Assembly (NCBI GenBank): GCA_964606385.1
Contig: CAZSFZ010000012.1
Coordinates: forward strand, 1 to 63,030
DNA: 63,030 bases
Direction of reading: 5' to 3'
From: an uncultured bacterium
GTDB taxonomy: Bacteria > Omnitrophota > Omnitrophia > Omnitrophales > Aquincolibacteriaceae
Shown: piece by piece, positions 41,579 through 50,711 of the stretch
How the letters are laid out: each line of letters begins with the position of its first letter
How positions within the stretch are numbered: position 1 is the stretch's first letter
Notes under the pieces: model-generated
What the model saw: the letters and a program-made list of their open reading frames with translations, nothing else
Databases searched by the model: none
Told to the model about the DNA's origin: nothing
Position numbers and translations under genes: made by a program

Positions 41579-43087
41579 TTATCCCTGCTTGGTCCTGTGA
41601 TCTGAAAGTTTTTTGTCTTCCACGGCGTTAAAAATAGTTTTGAGGCTTCCAAGATCCTTTTTGCTGACAAGCGCCAGCACCACATCCCCTTCTTCGAGAA
41701 CGGTATTCCCCTTCGCGACGATGAATTTATCATCGCGTCCGACGAGCACCGCCAGGCTTTCCTGCGGAAAATTCAGGTCGTAAAGTTTTTTTCCCGCGGC
41801 TTTACCTCCATAAGGGACCAGGAACTCCACAAGGTCGGCGTCAACGCCCTCGTGCTGCTCGAATTCGAGCGGGTAACGCGTCCGGCGCTGGAGCGGCGCG
41901 TGCACCCGGAGCCATTTCGAAATGACCGGAATGCTCGTCCCCTGGATCAGCACCGAAACAAGCACGACAAAGAACACGACATCAAAGATCAGTTCGGAAT
42001 TCGAGACCTTCGCGAGAAGCGGGAACGTGGCGAGCACGATCGGTGCCGCGCCGCGCAGGCCGACCCAGGAGATCATCAGTTTTTCCCGCAACCGGTCGAA
42101 CGGGAGACACAGGAAAACAGCCACGGGGCGCGCCACAAAAAAAAGAACCAGGGCCGTCGCGAGGCCGCCCCCCGCGATCGGAATAAGCTGCGACGGAAAC
42201 ACCAGGAGTCCCAGCGTAACGAACATCGCGATCTGCATCAACCAGGCCAATCCGGCGTGAAAACGGACCAAGCTCCTCTTATAGAAGAAATCCTTCCGCG
42301 ACAGCAGAAGGCCGGTCACATAAACCGCCAGGAATCCGTTGCCCCCGGTCACTTCCGCCGCGCCATAGGCCAGGAGCGCGATGGAAAAGGTCAGCGCCGC
42401 GTACAGCCCCTCATATTCGAGACGGAGGCGGTTAATGATCCGGAGGAAAATTTCTGAAACCAGCCATCCGACAACGAAGCCGAGCGCCATCTGCTTGAAG
42501 AACATCCCGATCAGGGCGTACCAGGGCATGGTGGCATGCTGGATCAGCTGGATCATGCCGAGCGTAAGAAAGACGGCCATGGGGTCGTTACTTCCGGACT
42601 CCAACTCAAGAAGCGGACGAAGCTGGCCCTTCAGGCTGATATTCTTGGACCGAAGGATGGAAAAAACCGCGGCCGCGTCCGTGGAAGAAATGATCGCTCC
42701 AAGCAGCAGGCCTTCCTTAATATGGATCTTGAAGATCCACGAGGCAAAAACACCGACCACGCCGGCGGTGATCAGCACGCCCAACGTGGAAAGCGTGATC
42801 CCTTTGATAAAAACGCGTTTCGCCTCTCGGAAATCGGTTTCAAGGCCTCCGGAAAAAAGAATGAAGGAAAGCGCGATCACCCCGATGGTTTTGGCGAGAG
42901 CCGCGTTATTGAAGGCGATACGGCCGATCCCTTCGGAGCCGGCCAACATCCCGATGCCGACAAAAAGAACAAGTGAAGGGATACTGAATCGGTCGGAAAG
43001 CTTGCTCGAGAGGACCCCGAGGAAAAGAAGGAGCGCCGCCGCCAAAAGGACCTGCTCAGTCGTAATGGACCATGTGACGTCAAACAT
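41579..43087 (-). CDS. cvrA: K+/H+ antiporter (CvrA/NhaP2-type CPA1) with TrkA-C domain
   Basis: SSTDAAAVFSIL, LELESGSNDP, SWVGLRGA. Confidence 0.9.
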   Translation of the reverse strand: MFDVTWSITTEQVLLAAALLLFLGVLSSKLSDRFSIPSLVLFVGIGMLAGSEGIGRIAFNNAALAKTIGVIALSFILFSGGLETDFREAKRVFIKGITLSTLGVLITAGVVGVFASWIFKIHIKEGLLLGAIISSTDAAAVFSILRSKNISLKGQLRPLLELESGSNDPMAVFLTLGMIQLIQHATMPWYALIGMFFKQMALGFVVGWLVSEIFLRIINRLRLEYEGLYAALTFSIALLAYGAAEVTGGNGFLAVYVTGLLLSRKDFFYKRSLVRFHAGLAWLMQIAMFVTLGLLVFPSQLIPIAGGGLATALVLFFVARPVAVFLCLPFDRLREKLMISWVGLRGAAPIVLATFPLLAKVSNSELIFDVVFFVVLVSVLIQGTSIPVISKWLRVHAPLQRRTRYPLEFEQHEGVDADLVEFLVPYGGKAAGKKLYDLNFPQESLAVLVGRDDKFIVAKGNTVLEEGDVVLALVSKKDLGSLKTIFNAVEDKKLSDHRTKQG

Positions 43088-43136
43088 ATTTTATTTTGAG
43101 CCTTTTCGAAATAACGACATCAGCATATTCCAGTGC

Positions 43137-45842
43137 TTATTTCCGGTTGGAAGCCTTCCGTCCGAACCGTATGTATTTTTCGATCCCCACCACAGCCGAG
43201 ATCAAAAGACAAACGCCCAGGATCTCCTCCCATTCGATCAGCTGCATGGGAGCGCTGTGGAACATAAGGTTCATGAATGGGGCAAAAACGAACAAGCTCT
43301 GGCTCGCGATCATCAGAGAACAGCCGACCCAGATCCAGGGATTTGAAAAAAGACCGATCGCGAACGCCGACCGCGTGAGCGAACGGCAATTGAACAGATA
43401 GAAAAGCTCACCCATGATGAGCATCGTGGTCGCGACAGTCCTGGCTTCCGCGAGCGAAGCGCCGTGCGCGAGAGCGTACTTGAAAAGACCGAACACCCCC
43501 CCGACCAGCAATAAACTGACGTAGCAGGTCCGGATCACGACATCCCGCGTCATGATGGGCAGTTTCGGGTCCTGCGGCGGCCGGCGCATAATGTCGGGTT
43601 CTTTAGGCTCGAACGCGAGCATCATCCCAAGAAAAATGGCGGTCGTCATGTTCACCCATAGGATCTGAACGGGAAGGATCGGAAGCTCGGTCCCGAGAAA
43701 GATCGCCGCGAGGATCGCCAAGCCTTCCGCCATGTTGGTCGGAAGCGTCCAGACAATGAATTTTTTCAGGTTGTCAAACACGCAGCGGCCTTCTTCGACA
43801 GCAGCTTCAATGGACGCGAAATTATCGTCCGTCAACACCATGTCGGCCGCTTCTTTGGAAACCTCCGTCCCCGTAATTCCCATCGCGATCCCGATATTCG
43901 CCTGCTTGAGAGCCGGGGCGTCATTCACCCCGTCACCGGTCATGGCCACGATGTTCCCGAGGGATTGAAGCGCCTTGACCAGGCGCAGTTTTTGTTCAGG
44001 CGTCACCCGCGCGAACACGGAGCCATGGTCCGCCGCTCGCACAAAGGCCTCATCGCTCAAGCCTTCCAGTTGTTTCCCAGAATAGGCGTTCAATTCGGTC
44101 CTGCCGTCCTTGGCCTTATACCGGAGGCCTAGCTGTTTGGCGATCGCCGTGGCCGTCAACACGTGGTCTCCGGTGATCATTTTGACGCGCATGCCGGCCG
44201 AGTAGCAGCTCTGAACCGCCCGGATCGCTTCCTGGCGGGGAGGATCGATCATCCCCTGCAGCCCCAGAAATGTCATTGAGGTAAGGTCCGCGTGGCCGAT
44301 CGAGTCCTGGCCGGAGGTAATCTCTCTTTTCGCGAATGCGAGCACCCGAAGGCCTTTGGAAGCCATGCGCTCCGCTTGAGCGACCACCGCTTTTTTATCG
44401 GATGTCCCGGCACAGAGGTCCAAAACGCGTTCGACGGACCCTTTCATGAAGATTACGCGGGACCTTCCGTCGGGGGAATCGTGCAACGTCGCCATATACT
44501 GGTACGCCGATTCAAAGGGCAACACATCCACATGTTTCGGAAAAGACCCCATCGAGGATTCAAGCAATCCGGCTTTTCGGGCGGACACGATCAGGGACCC
44601 TTCCGTGGGATCTCCCTCAATTTCATAGCGGCCGTTCTTTTCGACCAGGCGGGAAGTATTGCAAAGCAGTCCGGCGGTAAGGCATTCTTTTAAGGCAACG
44701 GACTTAAGAGGCTCGACCGGCTTATCCCCGCCAAGAAACTCCCCTTTCGGCTGATAGCCGGATCCGGTCACCGTGTAAAGCTCTTCACCGCATAAAATTT
44801 CCTGTACGGTCATCTGATTCTCCGTCAGGGTCCCGGTCTTGTCGGAACAGATGATCATAGTGCTGCCCAGCGTCTCGACCGCCGGTAATTTCCGGATGAT
44901 CGCCCGCCGTTTGGCCATCCTCGATACCCCGATCGCGAGCGTGATCGTCACGGCCGCCGGAAGCCCTTCCGGGATCGCCCCCACGGCCAAAGCGACCGCC
45001 GCCATAAAGACTTCGACGGCGGATTGACCTCGAAATATTCCGACCAAAAAGGTCGCCGCGGCCAAGCCGAGGATCAGATAGAGAAGAAAATGGCTGAAAT
45101 GCGCGATCTTTTTCGTGAGCGGCGTGGCCAGGTCCTGGGCCGTCGAGATCAGCTCGGAGATCTTCCCGACTTCTGTCGCGTCCCCGGTAGCGACGACCAC
45201 CGCGCGGCCCTGGCCGTACGTCACAAGTCCCGAGGTGTATAGCATATTGGTCCTGTCCGCAAGCACCGTCCCCTCCGGGAGCGGATCGGCCTTTTTCTCG
45301 ACCGGCACGGATTCTCCCGTCAGCGCGGATTCATTGACCTGAAGTTCCCGGATCTTGAAAACGCGCATATCCGCGGGGACCTTGTCCCCTGAATTGATGA
45401 CGACGATGTCGCCCGGGACCAGCTCCGACGAAGGAACACTCCTTTCGGACCCGTCGCGGACCACTGTGGTTTGGGTGGTCATGGAACGCGCCAGAGCAGC
45501 AAGGGCGTTGAGCGCCTTGGATTCCTGCAGGAACCCCACGATCGCATTGACCAGGACCACACCAAAGATCACCCCGCTATCAACCCATTCCTTCAAAAGA
45601 AGGGTCACCAGCGCGGCGGCGAGAAGGATATAAAGCAGGGGCTGGTTAAATTGAAGGAGGAAGCGGAGCCACGCGGGTTTCCCTTTCCGGGGCGTCAACA
45701 CGTTGGGCCCGAAAAGCTTCTGACGCAGGGCGATCTGTTCCTGGTTCAGCCCCCGGGTGGGATCGGCCTCGACCCGCTTAAGGACCTCTTCCTGGGCGAG
45801 ACGGTGCCATGATCTTTCGGATAAAACCGCCGTTTTGTCCAT
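43137..45842 (-). CDS. P-type cation-transporting ATPase, type II (SERCA-like)
   Basis: LTGES, IPEGLP, DKTGTLT, MITGDH, TGDGVNDAPAL. Confidence 0.95.
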   Translation of the reverse strand: MDKTAVLSERSWHRLAQEEVLKRVEADPTRGLNQEQIALRQKLFGPNVLTPRKGKPAWLRFLLQFNQPLLYILLAAALVTLLLKEWVDSGVIFGVVLVNAIVGFLQESKALNALAALARSMTTQTTVVRDGSERSVPSSELVPGDIVVINSGDKVPADMRVFKIRELQVNESALTGESVPVEKKADPLPEGTVLADRTNMLYTSGLVTYGQGRAVVVATGDATEVGKISELISTAQDLATPLTKKIAHFSHFLLYLILGLAAATFLVGIFRGQSAVEVFMAAVALAVGAIPEGLPAAVTITLAIGVSRMAKRRAIIRKLPAVETLGSTMIICSDKTGTLTENQMTVQEILCGEELYTVTGSGYQPKGEFLGGDKPVEPLKSVALKECLTAGLLCNTSRLVEKNGRYEIEGDPTEGSLIVSARKAGLLESSMGSFPKHVDVLPFESAYQYMATLHDSPDGRSRVIFMKGSVERVLDLCAGTSDKKAVVAQAERMASKGLRVLAFAKREITSGQDSIGHADLTSMTFLGLQGMIDPPRQEAIRAVQSCYSAGMRVKMITGDHVLTATAIAKQLGLRYKAKDGRTELNAYSGKQLEGLSDEAFVRAADHGSVFARVTPEQKLRLVKALQSLGNIVAMTGDGVNDAPALKQANIGIAMGITGTEVSKEAADMVLTDDNFASIEAAVEEGRCVFDNLKKFIVWTLPTNMAEGLAILAAIFLGTELPILPVQILWVNMTTAIFLGMMLAFEPKEPDIMRRPPQDPKLPIMTRDVVIRTCYVSLLLVGGVFGLFKYALAHGASLAEARTVATTMLIMGELFYLFNCRSLTRSAFAIGLFSNPWIWVGCSLMIASQSLFVFAPFMNLMFHSAPMQLIEWEEILGVCLLISAVVGIEKYIRFGRKASNRK

Positions 45843-45979
45843 GGGGAACGCTCCTCCGTGAAAAATTCTCAAAATGACGCTTGCCGAGTGCTTGTTATTT
45901 TCTTCAGATGCGCAGGGGAGGTCAAGCCTAATCGGCGGGAAACGGTTCTTTCTCGTGAGGCCCGGCCAGAAGAGCTGAT

Positions 45980-46147
45980 TTAAAAATCGTGGACGACTTT
46001 GACCTTATTTCCGGTGAACTTGAGCTTGGTGCTTTCCCCGGGATCCGTGTCCGTCGCCTTGGTTTCCTGAAGCGTTGTCGTGCATCCGGCGAGAAAAAAA
46101 CATGCCGCCAATAGAACTCCGATCCACAACCTGCCGTGACGCTTCAT
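45980..46147 (-). CDS. 55-aa lipoprotein (not in ORF track)
   Basis: MKRHGRLWIGVLLAACFFLAGC-TTTLQETKATDTDPGESTKLKFTGNKVKVVHDF*; lipobox LAGC. Confidence 0.6.
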   Translation of the reverse strand: MKRHGRLWIGVLLAACFFLAGCTTTLQETKATDTDPGESTKLKFTGNKVKVVHDF

Positions 46148-46282
46148 GAAACCCCCATCAAGGTGACTGCTTCAGGAATAACGCTTACCTGTGACGCGCC
46201 GCATTCTAACCGACAAATCATCAAATCCCTCACACAAAATCGCGTCCATGGCATCAAAAGCGGTTGGCTAACAACCTGAAAC

Positions 46283-47662
46283 TCATCCGGAAATGCTTTG
46301 GGATCTTTTGGCGGAGAGGGCCACGAGGATCTCACCGACAGCGGCCGTGATCACGACCCCGACGATGACCGGCAAGGAGGACCTCATAAAATCATGGCCC
46401 GGCTGGATCAAGAGGATCAGGATGGTCCCGATTACAAAAAATTCGGCCATCACCGCCAAAAAGATCGCGAACCCGTCGGGACCCGGGATCCGGTAAGGTC
46501 TTACAACGTCTCTGTCTTTCAGCCGGAGAATGATAAAGGACGGATAGAGCAGCAGGTAGGAGGCAAGCCCGACGATCAGACAGCAGGAAAGCACATGCCA
46601 AAAAAGCTCCCCCGCGTTCCGGGCGATAAAACCGTAGAGCACGATCACGACGGTCGAAATGATCCCCGAGGAGACCGCGGCACCGACCGGCGCCATGTTT
46701 TTTTCGCCAAGCCTCCCGAGCACTCCGGGCAGCTCCCCGTTCCGGGCGGCTTCGGCGACCGTCCGGTTCTGTCCCAGGGTCCAGGCGATGATCACCGTAA
46801 AAAAGGTGATCAGAATGCTCACGCCGAAGACCAGGGTGAGGATCCTCCCGGAGCCCTGATCGCCGAATGCGACGCGGAAGACCTGGAGGATCCCGCTCGC
46901 GACATGGATCTCGCTGATCGGGACCACCGCCCAGACCGTAAAGGTCGCCATCAAATAGAGCGATGCGATCACAAAGGCGGAAAGCAGCACAACTTTCGGG
47001 ATATCGCGCACCGGATCTTTCGTTTCCCCCGCAGCCGATGATAAAAGCTCACAGCCGTCCAGATTGTAAATGATCATCGGTATAAAAATGACCGCGGCAC
47101 CCAGATGCGGCAAGATATTGGTAAACGTAATCTCGTTGGCCAGACCACCGTTCCTCAAAATGCATACGATCGCCGCGATAACCATCCCGGCAAGGACAAG
47201 GATCTTGGCGACGGAGCCCATGTTCGTGACCCATTTCGACGTTCCCAGCGAGCAGGTATTGATCCAGGCGGTGATCCAGATCATCACGATCCCGACCAGG
47301 ATCTGCTGCCAAAGGCCCATGCCGGGGAAGAACATATGTCCCAGGATCTCCGCGAACGCGATATACATCGCGGGTAGCCACAAAGGAAGGCCGATCCAAT
47401 AGCACCAGGTCGTGCGGGCCGCCCAGCGCTTTCCCATCGCCTTTTTGACCCAGACATAGATGCCACCCTGCTCGGGATAGGTCGAACCCAATTCGGCGGC
47501 GATCAGGCCGAAGGGAAGAAAATAGCCAACAATGCAGATCAGCCACCAGGAGATCGCGGAAGGCCCGATGGCAGCCGTCGTCGAGATGGCTTCGAAACTG
47601 AAGATCGCGCAAAAAGAAAAAAGGAGGAGGTCCCAGAAACCCAATACTCTTTTTCTTTCCAT
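46283..47662 (-). CDS. APC-superfamily amino-acid/polyamine permease
   Basis: AELGSTYPEQGGIYVWV, GCELLSSAAGE, RPYRIPG. Confidence 0.9.
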   Translation of the reverse strand: MERKRVLGFWDLLLFSFCAIFSFEAISTTAAIGPSAISWWLICIVGYFLPFGLIAAELGSTYPEQGGIYVWVKKAMGKRWAARTTWCYWIGLPLWLPAMYIAFAEILGHMFFPGMGLWQQILVGIVMIWITAWINTCSLGTSKWVTNMGSVAKILVLAGMVIAAIVCILRNGGLANEITFTNILPHLGAAVIFIPMIIYNLDGCELLSSAAGETKDPVRDIPKVVLLSAFVIASLYLMATFTVWAVVPISEIHVASGILQVFRVAFGDQGSGRILTLVFGVSILITFFTVIIAWTLGQNRTVAEAARNGELPGVLGRLGEKNMAPVGAAVSSGIISTVVIVLYGFIARNAGELFWHVLSCCLIVGLASYLLLYPSFIILRLKDRDVVRPYRIPGPDGFAIFLAVMAEFFVIGTILILLIQPGHDFMRSSLPVIVGVVITAAVGEILVALSAKRSQSISG

Positions 47663-47804
47663 CGCCTTCCCGCCTTTTTAAGGACAGCTTTTTATTCTGT
47701 CGAAAGTACCGTGCTAGAACTCCCCATGTGTTTCGACCTGAAACCGTCAAGCCTTGATCTAAGGGCCAGCGGCCCGTGCCCTGAAGGGCTCATGAAGGCA
47801 GGCC

Positions 47805-47847
47805 AAAAAAAAGGTGACGGCCGCCGAAGGCAGCCATCACCTTTTTG
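47805..47847 (-). terminator. Intrinsic terminator after hflC
   Basis: AAAAAAAAGGTGA-CGGCCGCCGAAGGCAGCC-ATCACCTTTTT. Confidence 0.75.
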
Positions 47848-47873
47848 AATGGATCCCTGATCGATCCGTCAGC

Positions 47874-48749
47874 TCAGTTTTTCCGGCCGTAATTTTTTTT
47901 CAGATGTTGCAGGACATCCGAATCGGGCGAAAAAAGAAGCGTGGTCTTATCCTGAAAGCTTTTTTCATAGGCCTCAAGGCTGCGAACGAAGGTGTAGAAG
48001 TCAGCGTCCTGGCCGTAGGCTTCCGCGTAGACCCGGGTCGCGACGGCATCGCCTTCCCCGCGAAGCTTCTGGCTTTCCTCATACGCCTTGGCCATGATGA
48101 TCGTGCGGTTCTTGTCTGTTTCCCCGCGGATCTTGAACGCCTCTTCCTCCCCTTCCGAGCGATAACGTTTAGCGATGCGCTGGCGTTCGGCCTTCATCCT
48201 CGCGAACACGCTCTCCTGCACTTCCTGCGGCAGGTCCGCCCGCTTGATCCTCACATCCACGAGCCCGATCCCGAACTTCTCCGCCTGCTTGCGGGCATTC
48301 CCCGCGATCGTCTCCATGATGTTCTCGCGTTCGCTCGCGATGATCTTGCTGAAATCGTGGCTGGCGAGCTCACGACGCATTTCGGAGAACACGATATCGT
48401 CGAGACGGGCCTTCGCGCCCGAAAGGTCCCGCACGGTCTTGTAGAAAAGAAGCGGGTCGACGATCTTCCATCGCGTCACATGGTCGGCAACGAGGCGTTT
48501 TTTATCGAGCGTCAGGTATTCGGCCGGAAGGGCGCCGCTCGTCAGGATCCTTTTTTCAAAAAAATGGGCCTGTTCAAAGAGCGGCAGCTTCAGCTTCAGG
48601 CCCGGTTTTTGAAGGGTCCGCTTATACTCCCCGAGGCGCGTAATGATCACCTGGTTCGTTTCGTCCACGATAAACACCGTGGAAGGAAAAAGAAAAATGA
48701 CCGTCAGGATCACGATCGGCCAGAACCTCAAAAGCGCGGCGAGACTCAT
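47874..48749 (-). CDS. hflC: FtsH modulator HflC
   Basis: LTLDKKRLVAD, DVRIKRADLP, RMKAERQRIA, DADFYTFVRSLEAY. Confidence 0.95.
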   Translation of the reverse strand: MSLAALLRFWPIVILTVIFLFPSTVFIVDETNQVIITRLGEYKRTLQKPGLKLKLPLFEQAHFFEKRILTSGALPAEYLTLDKKRLVADHVTRWKIVDPLLFYKTVRDLSGAKARLDDIVFSEMRRELASHDFSKIIASERENIMETIAGNARKQAEKFGIGLVDVRIKRADLPQEVQESVFARMKAERQRIAKRYRSEGEEEAFKIRGETDKNRTIIMAKAYEESQKLRGEGDAVATRVYAEAYGQDADFYTFVRSLEAYEKSFQDKTTLLFSPDSDVLQHLKKNYGRKN

Positions 48750-49795
48750 GACAACACCTCCTTTTTCCTGGAAAGCGACGCGGGATCGTTGCGCGTCTGG
48801 AGCGCGTCAAGCGCGACGGAATTCCCCAAAGGAAGCAAGGGGAACACATTCGTTCCCGCCTGGGGATCCACGATCACTTTGTTGGCGGCCGGATAAATTT
48901 TTTCGAGGGTCTCGATCTGTAAACGGTTCCAGGTCACTTCCTTCGCTTTCTGATATTCGCCAAGAAGCGCCTCGAAACGGACCGCGTCGCCCTGAGCCCT
49001 GAGAACGCGTTCTTCTTTGAAGGCTTCGGCACCCCGCAACATTTTCTGCGCTTCGCCGCGCGCCCTCGGGATGATGTCTTCCTGATAACCCTTGGCTTCA
49101 TTGATCAAACGCTCACGATCCTCGCGGGCCCGGACCACTTCATGAAAAGCATCTTTGACCTGTTCAGGGGGATCGACGACTTGGAGCCGAACCTCGGTGA
49201 TGATAAGGCCGGATTCATAATCGTCCATCAACCGCTGCAGAAAATCCCGTGTCTCCTCCTGGATCTTTTGGCGCCCAATGGTCAAAGCGTCGTCAATGGT
49301 GGACCTTCCGACCGCGCTGCGAAGCGCGACCTCGGTCGCGGTAAAAAGTGTTCCGTCGGGATCGTAAAGCCGGAAAAGATATTTCGTGGGATCGCTCACT
49401 TTGTATTGAACAATGATCTGGGCCTCGACCATGTTCTCATCCCCCGTAAGCATCATCGCGTCCGAACGGCCGCCCGTACGGCGGCTGAACGCCGTGTTCT
49501 CGCGGTTCTGCATGCCAAAGCCGACCTCGATCCTGCGGACCTGCTCGACATTGACGATATCGACCCTCTCGATGGGCCACGGCATCCGCCAATTAAGTCC
49601 CGCGCTCGCCGTCCGGACCTTCTCGCCGAAACGCCGTATGATCCCCTGCTCACCGGGGCTCACGATAAAAAAACCGCTCGCGAGCCATCCCCCGACGGCT
49701 AGAATCACGAAGAAAGGCAGTATGCCGGGCTTCTTCATAAAATCGGTAACCCCTTGGATAACCTGTTCATCGGGACTTAAGTTATCGGCTGACAT
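48746..49795 (-). CDS. hflK: FtsH modulator HflK
   Basis: GLNWRMPWPIE, MLTGDENMV, DPPEQVKDAF, RAQGDA. Confidence 0.95.
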   Translation of the reverse strand: MSADNLSPDEQVIQGVTDFMKKPGILPFFVILAVGGWLASGFFIVSPGEQGIIRRFGEKVRTASAGLNWRMPWPIERVDIVNVEQVRRIEVGFGMQNRENTAFSRRTGGRSDAMMLTGDENMVEAQIIVQYKVSDPTKYLFRLYDPDGTLFTATEVALRSAVGRSTIDDALTIGRQKIQEETRDFLQRLMDDYESGLIITEVRLQVVDPPEQVKDAFHEVVRAREDRERLINEAKGYQEDIIPRARGEAQKMLRGAEAFKEERVLRAQGDAVRFEALLGEYQKAKEVTWNRLQIETLEKIYPAANKVIVDPQAGTNVFPLLPLGNSVALDALQTRNDPASLSRKKEVLS

Positions 49796-49875
49796 TTTCC
49801 ACCTCCTTGATGATCGGTATTTTTTGTTTTCGGCGGTTAACGCGGATGCCGGAGCGTCGTGGCCCGTTCCATGTT

Positions 49876-50211
49876 TTATACCGGCATTTTCGCGATACAG
49901 GACTGGGCCCTGGCCGCGGCCTCCGACGGCACGGCGACCCCCACGCCTTTTAGCGGGTTCCCGTGAATATCCTTTTTCCCTTGCTCATAGAGAATGCACC
50001 GGATGCGCTCGTCTTCAAGCTGTTTTAAAACAAGACGGGCTTCGTCCATGGACGCGGTTTCATAAACTTGTTTCCAAAGCCCATCGCCTTCTTTTTGCGG
50101 ACGGGGATTTTGAGACGGAACTACCGCGCGCCCCGGGAAGAACTTCTCCCTTCTTGAGATAAAGTAAACGATGGCTATGGCGATCACCAGATAAAGCGCG
50201 AACATGGCCAT
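49876..50211 (-). CDS. Small membrane-anchored DUF2007-like protein
   Basis: N-terminal TM; VYETASMDEARLVLKQLEDERI...VAVP....A pattern. Confidence 0.6.
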   Translation of the reverse strand: MAMFALYLVIAIAIVYFISRREKFFPGRAVVPSQNPRPQKEGDGLWKQVYETASMDEARLVLKQLEDERIRCILYEQGKKDIHGNPLKGVGVAVPSEAAARAQSCIAKMPV

Positions 50212-50289
50212 AGCAAACTCCTTTTCTGGTATTTTGGGGGCTAAAATTCAAAGAAGCCGGCGGGATCGCATCCGGAGGTGCGCTAAAAC

Positions 50290-50363
50290 AAAAAACCGCC
50301 ACTGACTTTTTCGTCAGATGGCGGCCCGACCATCGCTTGCTCTCCGGAAATTTTCCCGGACCC
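50290..50363 (-). promoter_or_regulatory. Probable nhaA-I/DUF1646-like Na+/Li+ riboswitch with overlapping intrinsic terminator
   Basis: Minus strand GGGT-CCGG(hairpin)CCGG-AGA-GCAAGC-GAT-GGTCGGGCCGCC, whose CCGCC is also the 5' arm of terminator CCGCCATCTGAC-GAAAAA-GTCAGTGGCGG-TTTTTT. Confidence 0.62.
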
Positions 50364-50562
50364 GTTTCAGATTTAGAGTCGCATTTTGTCCTGTTCCCTC
50401 AAGAAGGTCAAGCGTTATCGGCAGCTTGAGTGCTCAGCTGACCTGGGGGTCAGGCTCGTCTCAATTCCCAAGATGGCTCCCCCGGATGGGCTACAGCAAA
50501 CTGATTGTAAACTCGGCCCCGCACGCAGGAAGGCATCGGTTTCATACTGATTAAGGGTAAAA

Positions 50563-50600
50563 TAAAAATGCCGAAGACCTGAAGGCCTCCGGCATTTTTT
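50563..50600. terminator. Bidirectional terminator, presumed original tRNA-Asn terminator
   Basis: AAAAATGCCG-AAGACCTGAAGGCCTC-CGGCATTTTT directly beside the left att repeat. Confidence 0.8.
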
Positions 50601-50603
50601 ATA

Positions 50604-50615
50604 AATGGCTCCCCC
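50604..50615. repeat. att core, left junction
   Basis: AATGGCTCCCCC, antisense of GGGGGAGCCA(TT). Confidence 0.88.
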
Positions 50616-50711
50616 TGTTAGACGCATTTAAGAACCCTACTCCTGACTTCAAACTGATAATAAACGCATTAGGAGAGCAGTTCAAAAACACTTTCGTCCT
50701 TGCTGCTTAGC

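Noticed and set aside
50473-50545. A second tRNA ending GGGGGAGCCA
   Set aside because: No T loop, anticodon arm or matching 5' acceptor strand; kept only as an att-like copy.
50395-50560. 6S RNA, SRP RNA, SAH or c-di-AMP riboswitch
   Set aside because: Only fragmentary similarity; signature motifs and long-range pairing not found.
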